Source of the DNA: an uncultured virus (IMG/VR IMGVR_UViG_3300035670_000036)
Taxonomy: Duplodnaviria > Heunggongvirae > Uroviricota > Caudoviricetes
Direction: 5' to 3' (one strand)
Virus record (IMG/VR): IMGVR_UViG_3300035670_000036
DNA length: 64,000 nt
In this document: positions 21,010 through 31,130 of the stretch, in pieces
Numbering within the stretch: the stretch's first letter is position 1
Layout of the letters: every line of letters begins with the position of its first letter
Notes under the pieces: model-generated
Seen by the model: only the letters and a program-made list of their open reading frames with translations
Databases searched by the model: none
What the model was told of the DNA's origin: nothing
Made by a program: the position numbers and the translations under genes

Positions 21010-21714
21010 ATGAAATTAGTCGGTTTTAATTTTGTCCATGGCTCAAATGTACATTCAATAGATTTGAGATTGTCAGGTACTAAAAAATTAGGCTATGCCT
21101 TTATTATCCAAACGTATCACTTTGATATGGAACAAGTTGTAAATAATACGCTTGTTTTGGATTCAGGCACATGTTTTAATTGCCCTTTAAGTTTCAACCA
21201 AAATAACGGCAAAACAGGCGGCTGCTATACCCACAAAGGAAATTTAAGAAAGGGCTTAGGTTCTAAATTGAGGTCGTTAAATAAGCAATATAAAGCCGGT
21301 AAATTGCTTAATAATTACGATACGGTTTTAAGCGGTTTAAACAAATTTGCAAAGGACGTAAAAATTTCCTTAGTACGGTTTGGGACGTATGGCGAAGCGG
21401 TTACATTACCTTTAGACTTATTAAACGGTTTAGCGAAGCTATCAAAGCGCAGAACGGGTTATACGCACCAATGGAACAAACCAGAGTATAAGGAATATTC
21501 TAAATTCTTAATGGCTTCGACGCACAATGTTTTTGAGGTTAACATTGCAAAGGATTATGGATTCAGGACGTTCAATGTAGGACAAATAGAAAATAGTGTA
21601 ATGTGTCCATCTTCGCCAACAATCAAAAAAGAAAAAAGAACGCCATGCTCGGATTGTGGATTGTGCGCAGGAAATTCAATACAGGCAAAGGATATTTATA
21701 TTCCTAAACACTAA
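21010..21714 (+). CDS. Cys-rich phage protein (GP88-like, putative Fe-S binding), paralog of 26997
   Basis: CFNC...GGCY, RFGTYGE, GYTHQW, MAST, CP...CSDCGLC. Confidence 0.65.
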   Translation: MKLVGFNFVHGSNVHSIDLRLSGTKKLGYAFIIQTYHFDMEQVVNNTLVLDSGTCFNCPLSFNQNNGKTGGCYTHKGNLRKGLGSKLRSLNKQYKAGKLLNNYDTVLSGLNKFAKDVKISLVRFGTYGEAVTLPLDLLNGLAKLSKRRTGYTHQWNKPEYKEYSKFLMASTHNVFEVNIAKDYGFRTFNVGQIENSVMCPSSPTIKKEKRTPCSDCGLCAGNSIQAKDIYIPKH

Positions 21715-21795
21715 AAAAAATATGGGAGAATGTTTGGATATGTCAAATATTCTCCCTATCTTTGAAACATATTAATCACTTAAATACTTAAAAAA

Positions 21796-22041
21796 ATGAA
21801 TAACAAGCATGTTTGGGAAGGTTGGACAGTTCAGGATTTTATCAGTGAATTAGAATGGTTGTTCGATATGATTATGAGTGGGAAGTCACATATTAAGCCC
21901 TTTAAAGACGACAAGGAACTAAAAAAATGGGTTATGGAAAATCAGCCAGGCTATAAGAAACACATTCCAGAGGTCTTTGAGTACTTTAAAAAGAAAAGGA
22001 TTGATTTCCTATTTTCGACATTCAATGAAATAAAGAGATAG
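21796..22041 (+). CDS. hypothetical protein
   Basis: Hairpin promoter and leader upstream. Confidence 0.7.
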   Translation: MNNKHVWEGWTVQDFISELEWLFDMIMSGKSHIKPFKDDKELKKWVMENQPGYKKHIPEVFEYFKKKRIDFLFSTFNEIKR

Positions 22042-22363
22042 TAACTTGTTTTTTGCCCCGTTGGATCCAGTGTCCGACGGGGATTTTGTATGCCAGTAAA
22101 TTTCGCTCAAGGCAGGGCTAAAGCCCTGCCTGAGTAAATTTGGCGGGATCCCTTTTTAACATTTCCTTAACTATACCAGGGAAAACATTAACACTCCCTT
22201 AACTACTTTGTATTGGTTTTATGCTTATCTTTGTAGTGTTATAAAGAGAGAGGGTAAATAGAAAGGCAAAAAAATAATTTAAAAAAAGTTTGCCTTAAAT
22301 TTGGAAAATAGAAAAATACCTCTTATCTTTGCAAAAGATTCTTAACCACTTTAAATATTTGCT

Positions 22364-22861
22364 ATGAAGTCCATTAATGAGTTTATTTCTAATTTGTCAG
22401 CAAGAAACACATTTGCAGCTATTCAATACGAATCAGCAGCAGATAAGGTTGCTAAAAAATTAACCTATGGTTGGTTGGCAGCCAATGGTATTACAAGAGA
22501 AGAGGTGCGTTGCATTACTTTCCGTACTTGTCAGTTAGGCAGCACTTATAAGACAAGAGTAGAGAATAGAGAAGGCGAAGGAACGGTTATTAATCCAGGT
22601 TGGGCGCGTTCGTTAGATAGCAAAGGGCACTTATTTGACAATCCTAAGAACGGTAAAAAGTTTCTACGCGTGTTCTTAGTGCCAGGTAAACAGGTTACTT
22701 GGGGCTTTCCAGACGCAACAACAGAACGGAACCGATTAGCTTTAGTACAGAGAATGAAGGAATTAGAGCCACAAACGGAATCCGATACTTTTGAAGTCAG
22801 AATGATTGAGCTTGATTGTATCCAGAGTTTGAAGGCAAAAGAAATTTTTCAATTAGCGTAA
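22364..22861 (+). CDS. hypothetical protein
   Basis: Promoter and leader upstream. Confidence 0.75.
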   Translation: MKSINEFISNLSARNTFAAIQYESAADKVAKKLTYGWLAANGITREEVRCITFRTCQLGSTYKTRVENREGEGTVINPGWARSLDSKGHLFDNPKNGKKFLRVFLVPGKQVTWGFPDATTERNRLALVQRMKELEPQTESDTFEVRMIELDCIQSLKAKEIFQLA

Positions 22862-22942
22862 AAAAAGTAGGGGGAATGTTTGGATATGTTAAATATTCCC
22901 CTTATCTTTGCAACATATTAATCACTTAAATACTTAAAAAAA

Positions 22943-23335
22943 ATGAACAAGGAAGGTTTAAAAATTTCGCTTACAAATGAATTGAGCGAAGAGATTTTTT
23001 TCAATGCTTTATGTAATTCAATGGATTATATGTGTAGCTCGTATGGACTTGACTTAAGGTACAAACAATCGGACTACCTTAAGGCAAAAGATAAATTAAC
23101 TAACCCATGTATTGAGGATGTTTGGATGCAGATGCTAAGGGATGGAGCTAGAATTGGATTGAAGGATCTTGAGGGTGGAGAAGATACGGCTTACATTACA
23201 TTATCTACAATACATGAAAGAGTTAAGAATGTTCCTATTACCGATTTGTTAGATATGATAGATGAAAATGATGATGCCACTACGGGAGAAGTTGTTTTAC
23301 AGATTGTATTCCTTAATGATATTATATATGGATAG
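22943..23335 (+). CDS. hypothetical protein
   Basis: Hairpin promoter and leader upstream. Confidence 0.75.
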   Translation: MNKEGLKISLTNELSEEIFFNALCNSMDYMCSSYGLDLRYKQSDYLKAKDKLTNPCIEDVWMQMLRDGARIGLKDLEGGEDTAYITLSTIHERVKNVPITDLLDMIDENDDATTGEVVLQIVFLNDIIYG

Positions 23336-23422
23336 GATTTAAAAAAGATGGGAGAATGTTTGGAAATGTAAAATGTTCTCCCTATCTTTGCATCATAATT
23401 AATCACTTTAAATTTTAAAACA

Positions 23423-23647
23423 ATGCAGTATCAAATTAAAAGAGAATGTTGGAATGAAAAAACATTTAATGGATATACAGATAATCCATATTGGAAAATT
23501 GAGTTGAAAGGTTTAGGATTTGTATTAAATGATGATGGCAGAGTATGGAGTTCTATTGGTATAAAAATGACAGAATTTTATTTAGAGGATATTAAGACAA
23601 TTATAAAGGAATGTAAACTTAATATTGATATTCTTTCACCACTTTAA
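23423..23647 (+). CDS. hypothetical protein
   Basis: Hairpin promoter and leader upstream. Confidence 0.65.
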   Translation: MQYQIKRECWNEKTFNGYTDNPYWKIELKGLGFVLNDDGRVWSSIGIKMTEFYLEDIKTIIKECKLNIDILSPL

Positions 23648-23658
23648 ATTTTAAAAGC

Positions 23659-23847
23659 ATGTTAGAAAAGAATGATGTTAGATGTAATTGGTGTGGCTGG
23701 GAAGGTTATGAGGATGAATTAGATTTGATTGTTGATTTATCTGATGATAATATTACACATGATGTACAGTATTTTAAAGGATGTCCTAAGTGTAAGATAG
23801 ATTCTTATTTGATGGATATTGATAATGATAACCCCGCGGAAAATTAA
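23659..23847 (+). CDS. small zinc-ribbon protein
   Basis: CNWC...CPKC. Confidence 0.65.
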   Translation: MLEKNDVRCNWCGWEGYEDELDLIVDLSDDNITHDVQYFKGCPKCKIDSYLMDIDNDNPAEN

Positions 23848-24211
23848 GAAAATATTAACATAGGGGGAATTGACTTTCTCAAATATTCCCCCTATCTTTG
23901 CAGCATATTATTGACCACTTAAAATTTAAAAACATGAAAGAAATAATGTTAAATGAAAAGAATCCTCTTAATGGTAGTTGGCTATGTTGGATTCCAAATA
24001 CACCTGTTGCTTATTCTTTAAAAGGAAGTAAAACAGCTAAAAAATTTTGCAATAAGATAAACAAAGCATTTGATGAAGGCAAAATTAAAATTGATGATTC
24101 TGGACGCTTAGTTAAAGTAGCTTAACATAATTTTAACATGGGAGGATTTTGTTTTCTCAAATATCCTCCCTATCTTTGCAGCATATTATTTACCACTTAA
24201 AATTTAAAAAC

Positions 24212-24508
24212 ATGAAAAGCGAAGTAATTGTAAAAAGACGTGAAGATTTTGGCCATGACTGGATTTTGGTCCTCGAAGCAAAAAAGAATAAAATCCTGAG
24301 ACGCAAAAGTTTTTACTTAGGTCAAGATGTAAAATTTTGTAGTAGAGTATTGGGAATGTCCCCGCGAGATGTTGTCGATGAAATTGGTTCTGGAGATTTT
24401 ACCAAAGATAGTAACTTAAAATTATTAGGCAAATTTATTAGTAAGCGTTTAGGATTATCCTCTAAGTCCATAGATGAATTAGACGCGTGGGATTTGGGCT
24501 GCCAATAA
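24212..24508 (+). CDS. hypothetical protein (start probably MKSEV)
   Basis: Leader ACCACTTAAA upstream of the ATG. Confidence 0.65.
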   Translation: MKSEVIVKRREDFGHDWILVLEAKKNKILRRKSFYLGQDVKFCSRVLGMSPRDVVDEIGSGDFTKDSNLKLLGKFISKRLGLSSKSIDELDAWDLGCQ

Positions 24509-24855
24509 TTCTTTAAAGATAACATAACTTGTTTTTTTGCCCCGTCGGATTTAGTGTCTGGCGGGGATTTTTTATGGCCAGTGAATTTCGCTCTAGCAGA
24601 GCTCCGCTCTGCCTGAGTAAATTTTGGCGGGACCCCTTTTTAACATTTCCTTAACTATAATAGGGAAAACATTAACACTCCCTTAACTACTTTGTATTGG
24701 TTTTACCCTTATCTTTGTGTTGTTATTAAGAGAGAGAGAGGGTAAATAGAAAGGCAAAAAAATAATTTAAAAAAAGTTTGCCTTAAATTTGGAAATTAGA
24801 AAAATACCTCTTATCTTTGCCAAAGATTCTTAACCACTTTAAATTTTTAAATAGT

Positions 24856-25593
24856 ATGATTATTTCAGAAGTAAAAGGCGCAAACTTAAGCGCGAAGTAT
24901 GTAGCTATTAGCTCACAAAAATTGATTAATGACCTTAAGTCTAATGGCTTTGAGCTTTCAGGCTTTCAAACCAAAAAGAAAAGTGCTAAAAGTTCCGCGC
25001 ACCTTATTAGAATGAGGTACAATAAGGAATTAATCTTAAATGGCGAAACCTTATATCCGGAGGTCATTATCCGCAATTCGTTTGACGGAACGGTTCGGTT
25101 CGAGTGCGCAATGGGTATATTCAGATTAGTATGTTCAAACGGACTAACCGTATCAGATTCTAGGTTTGAATCTAAAATTTATAAGGTTAGACACTTTGGA
25201 CAGAAAGCAATGGATATTTCGGAAAAGGTTATTTCGGGTGAAATTGTGGCTAACTTTTTTGAGTTGCTACCTAAACTTGAGGAGTACGTATTGCAGCAAA
25301 TGTCTGTAAACTTGACCGAAGAGAAGGCTATTGAATTTGCCATGAAGGCTGCTGCTTTGCGTTTTAAGAGAGCCTTTACAGAAAGTGAAGCCAAATTATT
25401 ACTCACTTCAGAAAGGTTCGCAGATGATGATAATACGCTTTGGGCTATTCAAAATCGTCTTCAGGAAAAATTGATTAATGGGTTTGGGCTTGGGGTTATT
25501 CGCGGTAGAAAATATTCCTCACTAAAAGACCCTAATAAAATTGCGGTTATTAATGAGAGGTTAGCTAATCTTTCTATGGAGTTCGCAAATTAA
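24856..25593 (+). CDS. DUF932 family protein
   Basis: IIRNSFDGT...GIFRLVCSNGL...R..D....LW...NR.QE.LI.G. Confidence 0.85.
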   Translation: MIISEVKGANLSAKYVAISSQKLINDLKSNGFELSGFQTKKKSAKSSAHLIRMRYNKELILNGETLYPEVIIRNSFDGTVRFECAMGIFRLVCSNGLTVSDSRFESKIYKVRHFGQKAMDISEKVISGEIVANFFELLPKLEEYVLQQMSVNLTEEKAIEFAMKAAALRFKRAFTESEAKLLLTSERFADDDNTLWAIQNRLQEKLINGFGLGVIRGRKYSSLKDPNKIAVINERLANLSMEFAN

Positions 25594-25681
25594 TTTAAAA
25601 AAATATGGGGGAATGTTTGGAAATGTAAAATGTTCCCCCTATCTTTGCAGCATATTATTGACCACTTAAAAATTAAAAAAC

Positions 25682-26092
25682 ATGAGAAGGATTAAAGTTA
25701 GATTTTCTTTACAGCGTGGAGAAAATTACATGAAATGGAAAGTAATTGATAGTAATGGGGTTGTCACATATTATAGCCCATGCGACGTTCAATTAATCAT
25801 GAGAGGTTGCACGTTAAGGAACAATAAAAAATTAGCTACTAAGATTTACAATGGCGAAAGTACGAAGGTAGTATGTGCTTGGATTTTATGTGATGAGTTG
25901 GAAATTAGACATTCTGATTTTATTAAGGAGTCTGATTTTAAAATCAAATACAATCCTAAAATTGCCCCCCACTGGACGTTCCTGGGTGAGGATATAGATG
26001 ATAGGTATGTTTCTTACATTGTTTCGGTTGACTTTAAGTTACATATTGATTTGATTCCCGACGGTATGAAATTGGGGGGATATAAGAGTTAA
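25682..26092 (+). CDS. hypothetical protein
   Basis: Hairpin promoter and leader upstream. Confidence 0.7.
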   Translation: MRRIKVRFSLQRGENYMKWKVIDSNGVVTYYSPCDVQLIMRGCTLRNNKKLATKIYNGESTKVVCAWILCDELEIRHSDFIKESDFKIKYNPKIAPHWTFLGEDIDDRYVSYIVSVDFKLHIDLIPDGMKLGGYKS

Positions 26093-26199
26093 GAATCCCC
26101 ACGGAAAATTAACAAAACATTAACGATAGGGGTATTGCATAATATATCCGATGCCCCTATCTTTGCACTATAATTATTCACCACTTAATATTTTAAATC

Positions 26200-26682
26200 A
26201 TGCACAGTCTTCATTTAGTTAGATTAAAAGCAGATTCTCATTCCGATGCTTATTCCATAGTAGAAGATTATCTATTCGATTGGGGTACAGAGAATAACTG
26301 GTTTACTATCCTGGGTTCTCATTGCAAAGAGGATAAATCATTTTCAGATTCTTTTGACGAGAAATTTGTGACTAAAGATGAATTGCTCAATAACCCTGAT
26401 AGATTTAATAGCCTAACAAATATATCTGATTACTACAAAGAGGCATTTGAAAAGGTAGCAAATTTTAAAGGTACTGTTTTAGTTGAACCTATAGATTGGC
26501 TTCTTGCATTAAATCATTGTAAGGAACAACATCAAATAGCCTTACTTTCAGACCCTAATAAAATTGATATATGGTCGGATACTTTCTATGATGGTTCAAT
26601 AGATGAAAATGGAATTACAGAGCTTTACACAGGTGCAGATAGTCAATTAACTTTTATTGTGTTGGTCGATATGCACTCGTAA
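26200..26682 (+). CDS. hypothetical acidic protein
   Basis: Hairpin promoter upstream and terminator downstream. Confidence 0.7.
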   Translation: MHSLHLVRLKADSHSDAYSIVEDYLFDWGTENNWFTILGSHCKEDKSFSDSFDEKFVTKDELLNNPDRFNSLTNISDYYKEAFEKVANFKGTVLVEPIDWLLALNHCKEQHQIALLSDPNKIDIWSDTFYDGSIDENGITELYTGADSQLTFIVLVDMHS

Positions 26683-26996
26683 ATAAAAACCCTCCTGGTT
26701 AATGCTAGGAGGGTTTTTTTATGGCCAGTGAATTTCGCTCTAGCAGAGCTTTGCTCTGCCTGAGTAAATTTTGGCGGGATCCCTTTTTAACATTTCCTTA
26801 ACTATACCAGGGAAAACATTAACACTCCCTTAACTACTTTGTATTGGTTTTATGCTTATCTTTGTAGTGTTATAAAGAGAGAGGGTAAATAGAAAGGCAG
26901 AAAAATAATTTAAAAAAAGTTTGCCTTAAATTTGGAAATTAGAAAAATACCTCTTATCTTTGCCAAAGATTCTTAACCACTTAACTTTTAAAAATT

Positions 26997-27704
26997 ATGT
27001 TAAAGCAAATTAATTTCAGATTAGGCGACGTTATCCACTGCATTGATATCAAGCCTAGCGCTACGCCTAAGCTCGCTCAAAAAGGCGAAATTATCCTACA
27101 AACTTATCATTTTTCCATTGACCAGATTAATGAAGGCAGCCTAAAAAATGATTCTAAGGTGTGTTTTGATTGTAAGTTTTCTTATAATGCAAACGGTGGA
27201 AAATCAGGCGGTTGCTATACCCATGCGAACGGATCCTTAGCTTGGGGATTGGTTGCAAAATTAAAGGCTCTAAAAAGGCGTTTGGATAACGGATTAATCC
27301 CGGAAGGAACGGAAGGCGTAATGGAACAAATTACGAGCGTTACAAAAAAGGTTAAAATATCCTTTGCTCGAATGGGAACGTATGGGGAGCCTACCTTATT
27401 ACCTTTTGAATTGCTAGAACAAATAAGGCCTTTGGTAGGCAAAGTATCAGGCTATACTCACCAATGGCATAAACCAGAGAATAAGCAATATGCGAAATAC
27501 TTAATGGCAAGTACGCATAATATCTTTGACGTAAAATTGGCCGAAGGTTTAGGATTCAGGTCTTACAATGCTAGCCAGGTGGAAGGTGCTATCCTTTGTC
27601 CATCAGCTCCAACCATAGCAAAGGAGAAGCAAGTAAGTTGTGCTAAATGTGGATTGTGTGAAGGTGGAAAGAAAGCTAAGAATATTTACAATGTAATCCA
27701 TTAA
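26997..27704 (+). CDS. Cys-rich phage protein (GP88-like), paralog of 21010
   Basis: CFDC...GGCY, RMGTYGE, GYTHQW, CAKCGLC. Confidence 0.65.
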   Translation: MLKQINFRLGDVIHCIDIKPSATPKLAQKGEIILQTYHFSIDQINEGSLKNDSKVCFDCKFSYNANGGKSGGCYTHANGSLAWGLVAKLKALKRRLDNGLIPEGTEGVMEQITSVTKKVKISFARMGTYGEPTLLPFELLEQIRPLVGKVSGYTHQWHKPENKQYAKYLMASTHNIFDVKLAEGLGFRSYNASQVEGAILCPSAPTIAKEKQVSCAKCGLCEGGKKAKNIYNVIH

Positions 27705-27789
27705 CATAATCTTAACATGGGGGGATTTGGTTTTCTCGAATATCCCCCCTATATTTGCATCATATTATTCATCACTTAAAAAACAAAAA

Positions 27790-28119
27790 ATGGATATACC
27801 ATCAGCAGAAGAATATTATTCAAAAACAATGTTCCCAGCTTTGTCTAAATATAAACCTGATGAAATTAAATTATGGTTTGAGACAAATACAGATGCACAA
27901 CAATCAGTAAACATAATGATTGAGTTCGCTAAACTTCATGTACAAGCAGCACTTGAATCTGCATACAAAAATTCTATAATGTATAAAGATTTAGGAGAAG
28001 GAGAAGATGGAAAAATATGTTATGAAATGGGAGATATTTTCTATGATGAATATGACTATCCCATAGCAATTAGTAAAAATTCTATTTTAGATGCTTATTC
28101 ACTCAAAAACATTAAATGA
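27790..28119 (+). CDS. hypothetical protein
   Basis: Leader then ATG at 27790. Confidence 0.6.
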   Translation: MDIPSAEEYYSKTMFPALSKYKPDEIKLWFETNTDAQQSVNIMIEFAKLHVQAALESAYKNSIMYKDLGEGEDGKICYEMGDIFYDEYDYPIAISKNSILDAYSLKNIK

Positions 28120-28415
28120 TATGAAAAGTAAATATGATAATATATTAAAGGCATACGAAAAGATACTAGGCATGGCAGAAGCTAAGTTACAAAATGCCAT
28201 TGACAAAAATAAAGAATGGGATATTGAACATTATAAAACTGATGTTCAAACGATAAAGAATGAAATTGAGTTCACAAATAATCTTAAAAAGAATGAACTT
28301 GAAATCAAAAAAAGTTAAATTAAATTAACAAAACATTAACGATAAGGGTATTGCATATTATATCCGATACCCTTATCTTTGCATCATAATTAATCACCAC
28401 TTAATATTTAAACTC

Positions 28416-28748
28416 ATGGCAATTTACGGAGATGGAAAGCACAATGAAAACATGGAACACATTGAGCAGCCAATTCAAATTTTTGATTTTTTCCTTGACC
28501 AAAAAATAACTACATGGATGCGCACCAGATTTTGTATCGAAGCGACATCAAGAGAAGAAGCGATAGAGAAAGCTAAGAAAGATTATGAGAAATTATGTGA
28601 GCAAGAAATTTGGGAGGAGATTCCAGACGTTCAAGAAACAATGACTGTAAGAGACAACGCTGGTTTTAGCACCGAAGAAGTTTACATAGATGAATTTCCT
28701 ACAATTAAGATTTGGGAGAATGGCATGGATTCATTAGCGGATTTTTAA
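28416..28748 (+). CDS. hypothetical protein
   Basis: Hairpin promoter and leader upstream. Confidence 0.7.
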   Translation: MAIYGDGKHNENMEHIEQPIQIFDFFLDQKITTWMRTRFCIEATSREEAIEKAKKDYEKLCEQEIWEEIPDVQETMTVRDNAGFSTEEVYIDEFPTIKIWENGMDSLADF

Positions 28749-28835
28749 CAAAACATTAACGATAGGGGTATTGCATAGTATATCCAATACCCTTATCTTT
28801 GCCACATATTAATCACCACTTAAAAAACAAAAGAC

Positions 28836-29183
28836 ATGAACAAAGAATTTGTAAGTTATGAAATGGCTTTAGCACTTAAACAGTTGGGGTTTGATGAACC
28901 TTGTTTAAGGTATTATGATTATTTTTCTAAATTAGTGGAATCTGGAGTTTATGAATGTAAAGCACCACTGTACCAACAAGTGTTTACATGGTTTAGAGAG
29001 AAGTATGATTTAGATTCCTACATAAAACCTGCTTGCTTAGAAACTAAAAAAGTATATGATTATTATATTTGGTTTAATAATAAAGAAGGTGAGAGAGATT
29101 TATTTCTAGGAATGAATAATGAATACACTTACAAAGAAGCGGAAATTGAATGTTTAAATAAATTAATCACCACTTTAAAATAA
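28836..29183 (+). CDS. dispersed member of the KEFV..E.AL.LK.LGFDEPC paralog family
   Basis: Same three conserved blocks as the 41216-44004 array. Confidence 0.8.
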   Translation: MNKEFVSYEMALALKQLGFDEPCLRYYDYFSKLVESGVYECKAPLYQQVFTWFREKYDLDSYIKPACLETKKVYDYYIWFNNKEGERDLFLGMNNEYTYKEAEIECLNKLITTLK

Positions 29184-29189
29184 AAAAAA

Positions 29190-29495
29190 ATGCACGTTTC
29201 AGAAAAAAATGTAGAAGGCACTTATTTCCATGGAGATACTATCAATGCTTCGGTTAAAGAGCTAACTAAAATTCTTGGTAAACCTACCTATGAAAATAAA
29301 TCAATAGTAGAGAAAATAAACTTTGAATGGGTTCTGGAAACTTCAAATGGGCACGTTGTTACTTTGTACACTTGGAAAGAATATAGAAGGTTTAAAAAGA
29401 GCGAGGTAGTTAACTTGCACATAGGAGGATTTAAAAAGTCAGCTACCTCAATAGCCAAAGGAGAACTAGAATTTTTGTTAAACTTAAAAAGATAA
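29190..29495 (+). CDS. hypothetical protein
   Basis: ORF in operon. Confidence 0.65.
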   Translation: MHVSEKNVEGTYFHGDTINASVKELTKILGKPTYENKSIVEKINFEWVLETSNGHVVTLYTWKEYRRFKKSEVVNLHIGGFKKSATSIAKGELEFLLNLKR

Positions 29496-29674
29496 TAACC
29501 ATGATAACTTTAAAGGAAATTTCAAGAAGGGATTTAGTAGAAGTTTTAGAATTATTACTTTCAGATGAGTTTGATTCATCAGAGCTTGTTTACTTGACCG
29601 AAGAAGAACTCATTAGGTCTATAATTACCGCAGCTATTTTCTACAAGGAAGCAGCTAACGATAAATAAAAAGTA

Positions 29675-29748
29675 AGTCAGGTGGCTCAATGGTAACGCAA
29701 TGAACAGGGAAGGCTGCATAGATACAGGTTCGAATCCTGTCCTGACTT
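29675..29748 (+). ncRNA. tRNA-like RNA 1 (non-canonical anticodon arm)
   Basis: AGTCAGG/CCTGACT acceptor; ACAGG-TTCGAAT-CCTGT T arm; bulged ATG-AA-CAG-GGAAGG-CTG-CAT arm. Confidence 0.7.
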
Positions 29749-30149
29749 CAAAAGGTTAATAGATGTTTAAGTGGTTTGGCTCCTGGCAGTAGATGTCGGG
29801 AGTTTTTTTGTTGCCAGTGAATTTCGCTCAAGGCAAGGCGAAGCCTTGCCTGAGTAAATTTTGCCCCTCCCCCTTTCCAGGATGGCCAGGGATCTATGGG
29901 GGAAAATCCAGGCGTTAACATTTTTTAACATTTCTTTAAGATCCTTTTAACATTTGAAATTAGGATATTAGATAGATTGGGTGTATCTTTGCAATGTCAA
30001 TTAGATGATAGGGAATAGATGAGATATGGTATGGGTTACATTTTACTACATTTCATTTTAACATGACTTTAACATTTTAGGATTAGGATATTAGATAGAA
30101 TGTTATTATCTTTGCGACATATTATTAACCACTTTAAATTTTTAGAATC

Positions 30150-30719
30150 ATGCCAAATTGGTGTTCAAATTGTATCTCATTTGAAGGTAATGAGAAAGCT
30201 ATGGAAACATTTAGAAAAGATGTTGCCAGTATTGAGGACGGTCATTGTATATTTACTGCATTGACTGATTTTAAAGAAGAATGGAGCTATGATGCTTGGT
30301 GTAATGAGTTTGGCACTAAATGGAGTGTAACGATGGACGATGACATTAGGAGTAACGTGAAAGAATGTGATTACTTTAATTGTGAAACGGCTTGGAGTCC
30401 ATGTACGGAATTTGTTAAGAAGGTATGTAAGAAGTACGGAATAGAAGGACGGATTGAATATACAGAAGGGGGGTGTGACATTGCAGGTATTGTTGAGATT
30501 GATGTAAATGGTGATGAAGTAAGTAGAAGAGATATGACTTATAATGAATATCAGTATGAAGAAGTACCTGAGAGTTTCTTCTATGATTTTATTATGAATG
30601 TTGAAGATGAATTGATTGAAAGTGAGGAGCAGATAAGAGAAGAATATTCATTTGTTACTGAGGAGGATATGTTAGAATTGATTGCATTGTTTAATGAGCA
30701 TGTCCCCTCGAAAAATTAA
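30150..30719 (+). CDS. DUF1281/YubB-like ferredoxin-fold protein
   Basis: MPNWCSN, WCNEFGTKW, ETAWSP, Y.E.G. Confidence 0.75.
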   Translation: MPNWCSNCISFEGNEKAMETFRKDVASIEDGHCIFTALTDFKEEWSYDAWCNEFGTKWSVTMDDDIRSNVKECDYFNCETAWSPCTEFVKKVCKKYGIEGRIEYTEGGCDIAGIVEIDVNGDEVSRRDMTYNEYQYEEVPESFFYDFIMNVEDELIESEEQIREEYSFVTEEDMLELIALFNEHVPSKN

Positions 30720-30805
30720 CATAATATTAACGCTAGGGGTATTGCGTAGTAAATTCAATACCCCTATCTTTGCACTAAATTAATCACCACTTTAAAACGA
30801 AAAAA

Positions 30806-31045
30806 ATGAGCGAAGTAGAAAAGGCAAAAGAAGTATTAAGAGCGCATGGTTACTTTGTAGATAACCTATGGCACAATGATGATGTACAATCATTACACAA
30901 AAGAGCTAGTGCGGAAGATGCCCAAAGGATATTAAATACGGCTCTTACCAACCAAGCTACCATGGAGCAGATATGGTATGCAATTACCGATGCTCTCGAG
31001 TTCGAGCAAGGGTATGTTCCCCTTTCAGACGAGGACGAAGATTAA
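30806..31045 (+). CDS. hypothetical protein
   Basis: Hairpin promoter and leader upstream. Confidence 0.7.
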   Translation: MSEVEKAKEVLRAHGYFVDNLWHNDDVQSLHKRASAEDAQRILNTALTNQATMEQIWYAITDALEFEQGYVPLSDEDED

Positions 31046-31130
31046 CATAATATTAACATGGGGGGATTTGGTTTTCTCAATTATCCCCCCTATATTTGCA
31101 CTATATTCTTTACCACTAAACTAAAAAAAA

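Larger units (their letters stand above)
18241..29862 (+). repeat. hairpin repeat type B, 8 copies (18241, 19073, 19502, 20741, 22098, 24583, 26730, 29819)
   Basis: AATTTCGCTC-N2/3-GCARRGC-loop-GCYYTGC-CTGAGTAAATT with compensatory stem changes. Confidence 0.95.

Noticed and set aside
10485..29862. CRISPR array
   Set aside because: The repeats are separated by about 0.4-3 kb containing promoters and genes rather than ~30-nt spacers, and no cas genes are visible.
10485..29862. Canonical integron
   Set aside because: There is no IntI or other tyrosine recombinase in the window, no RYYYAAC/GTTRRRY cores, and the cassettes carry their own promoters. Kept only as an analogy.
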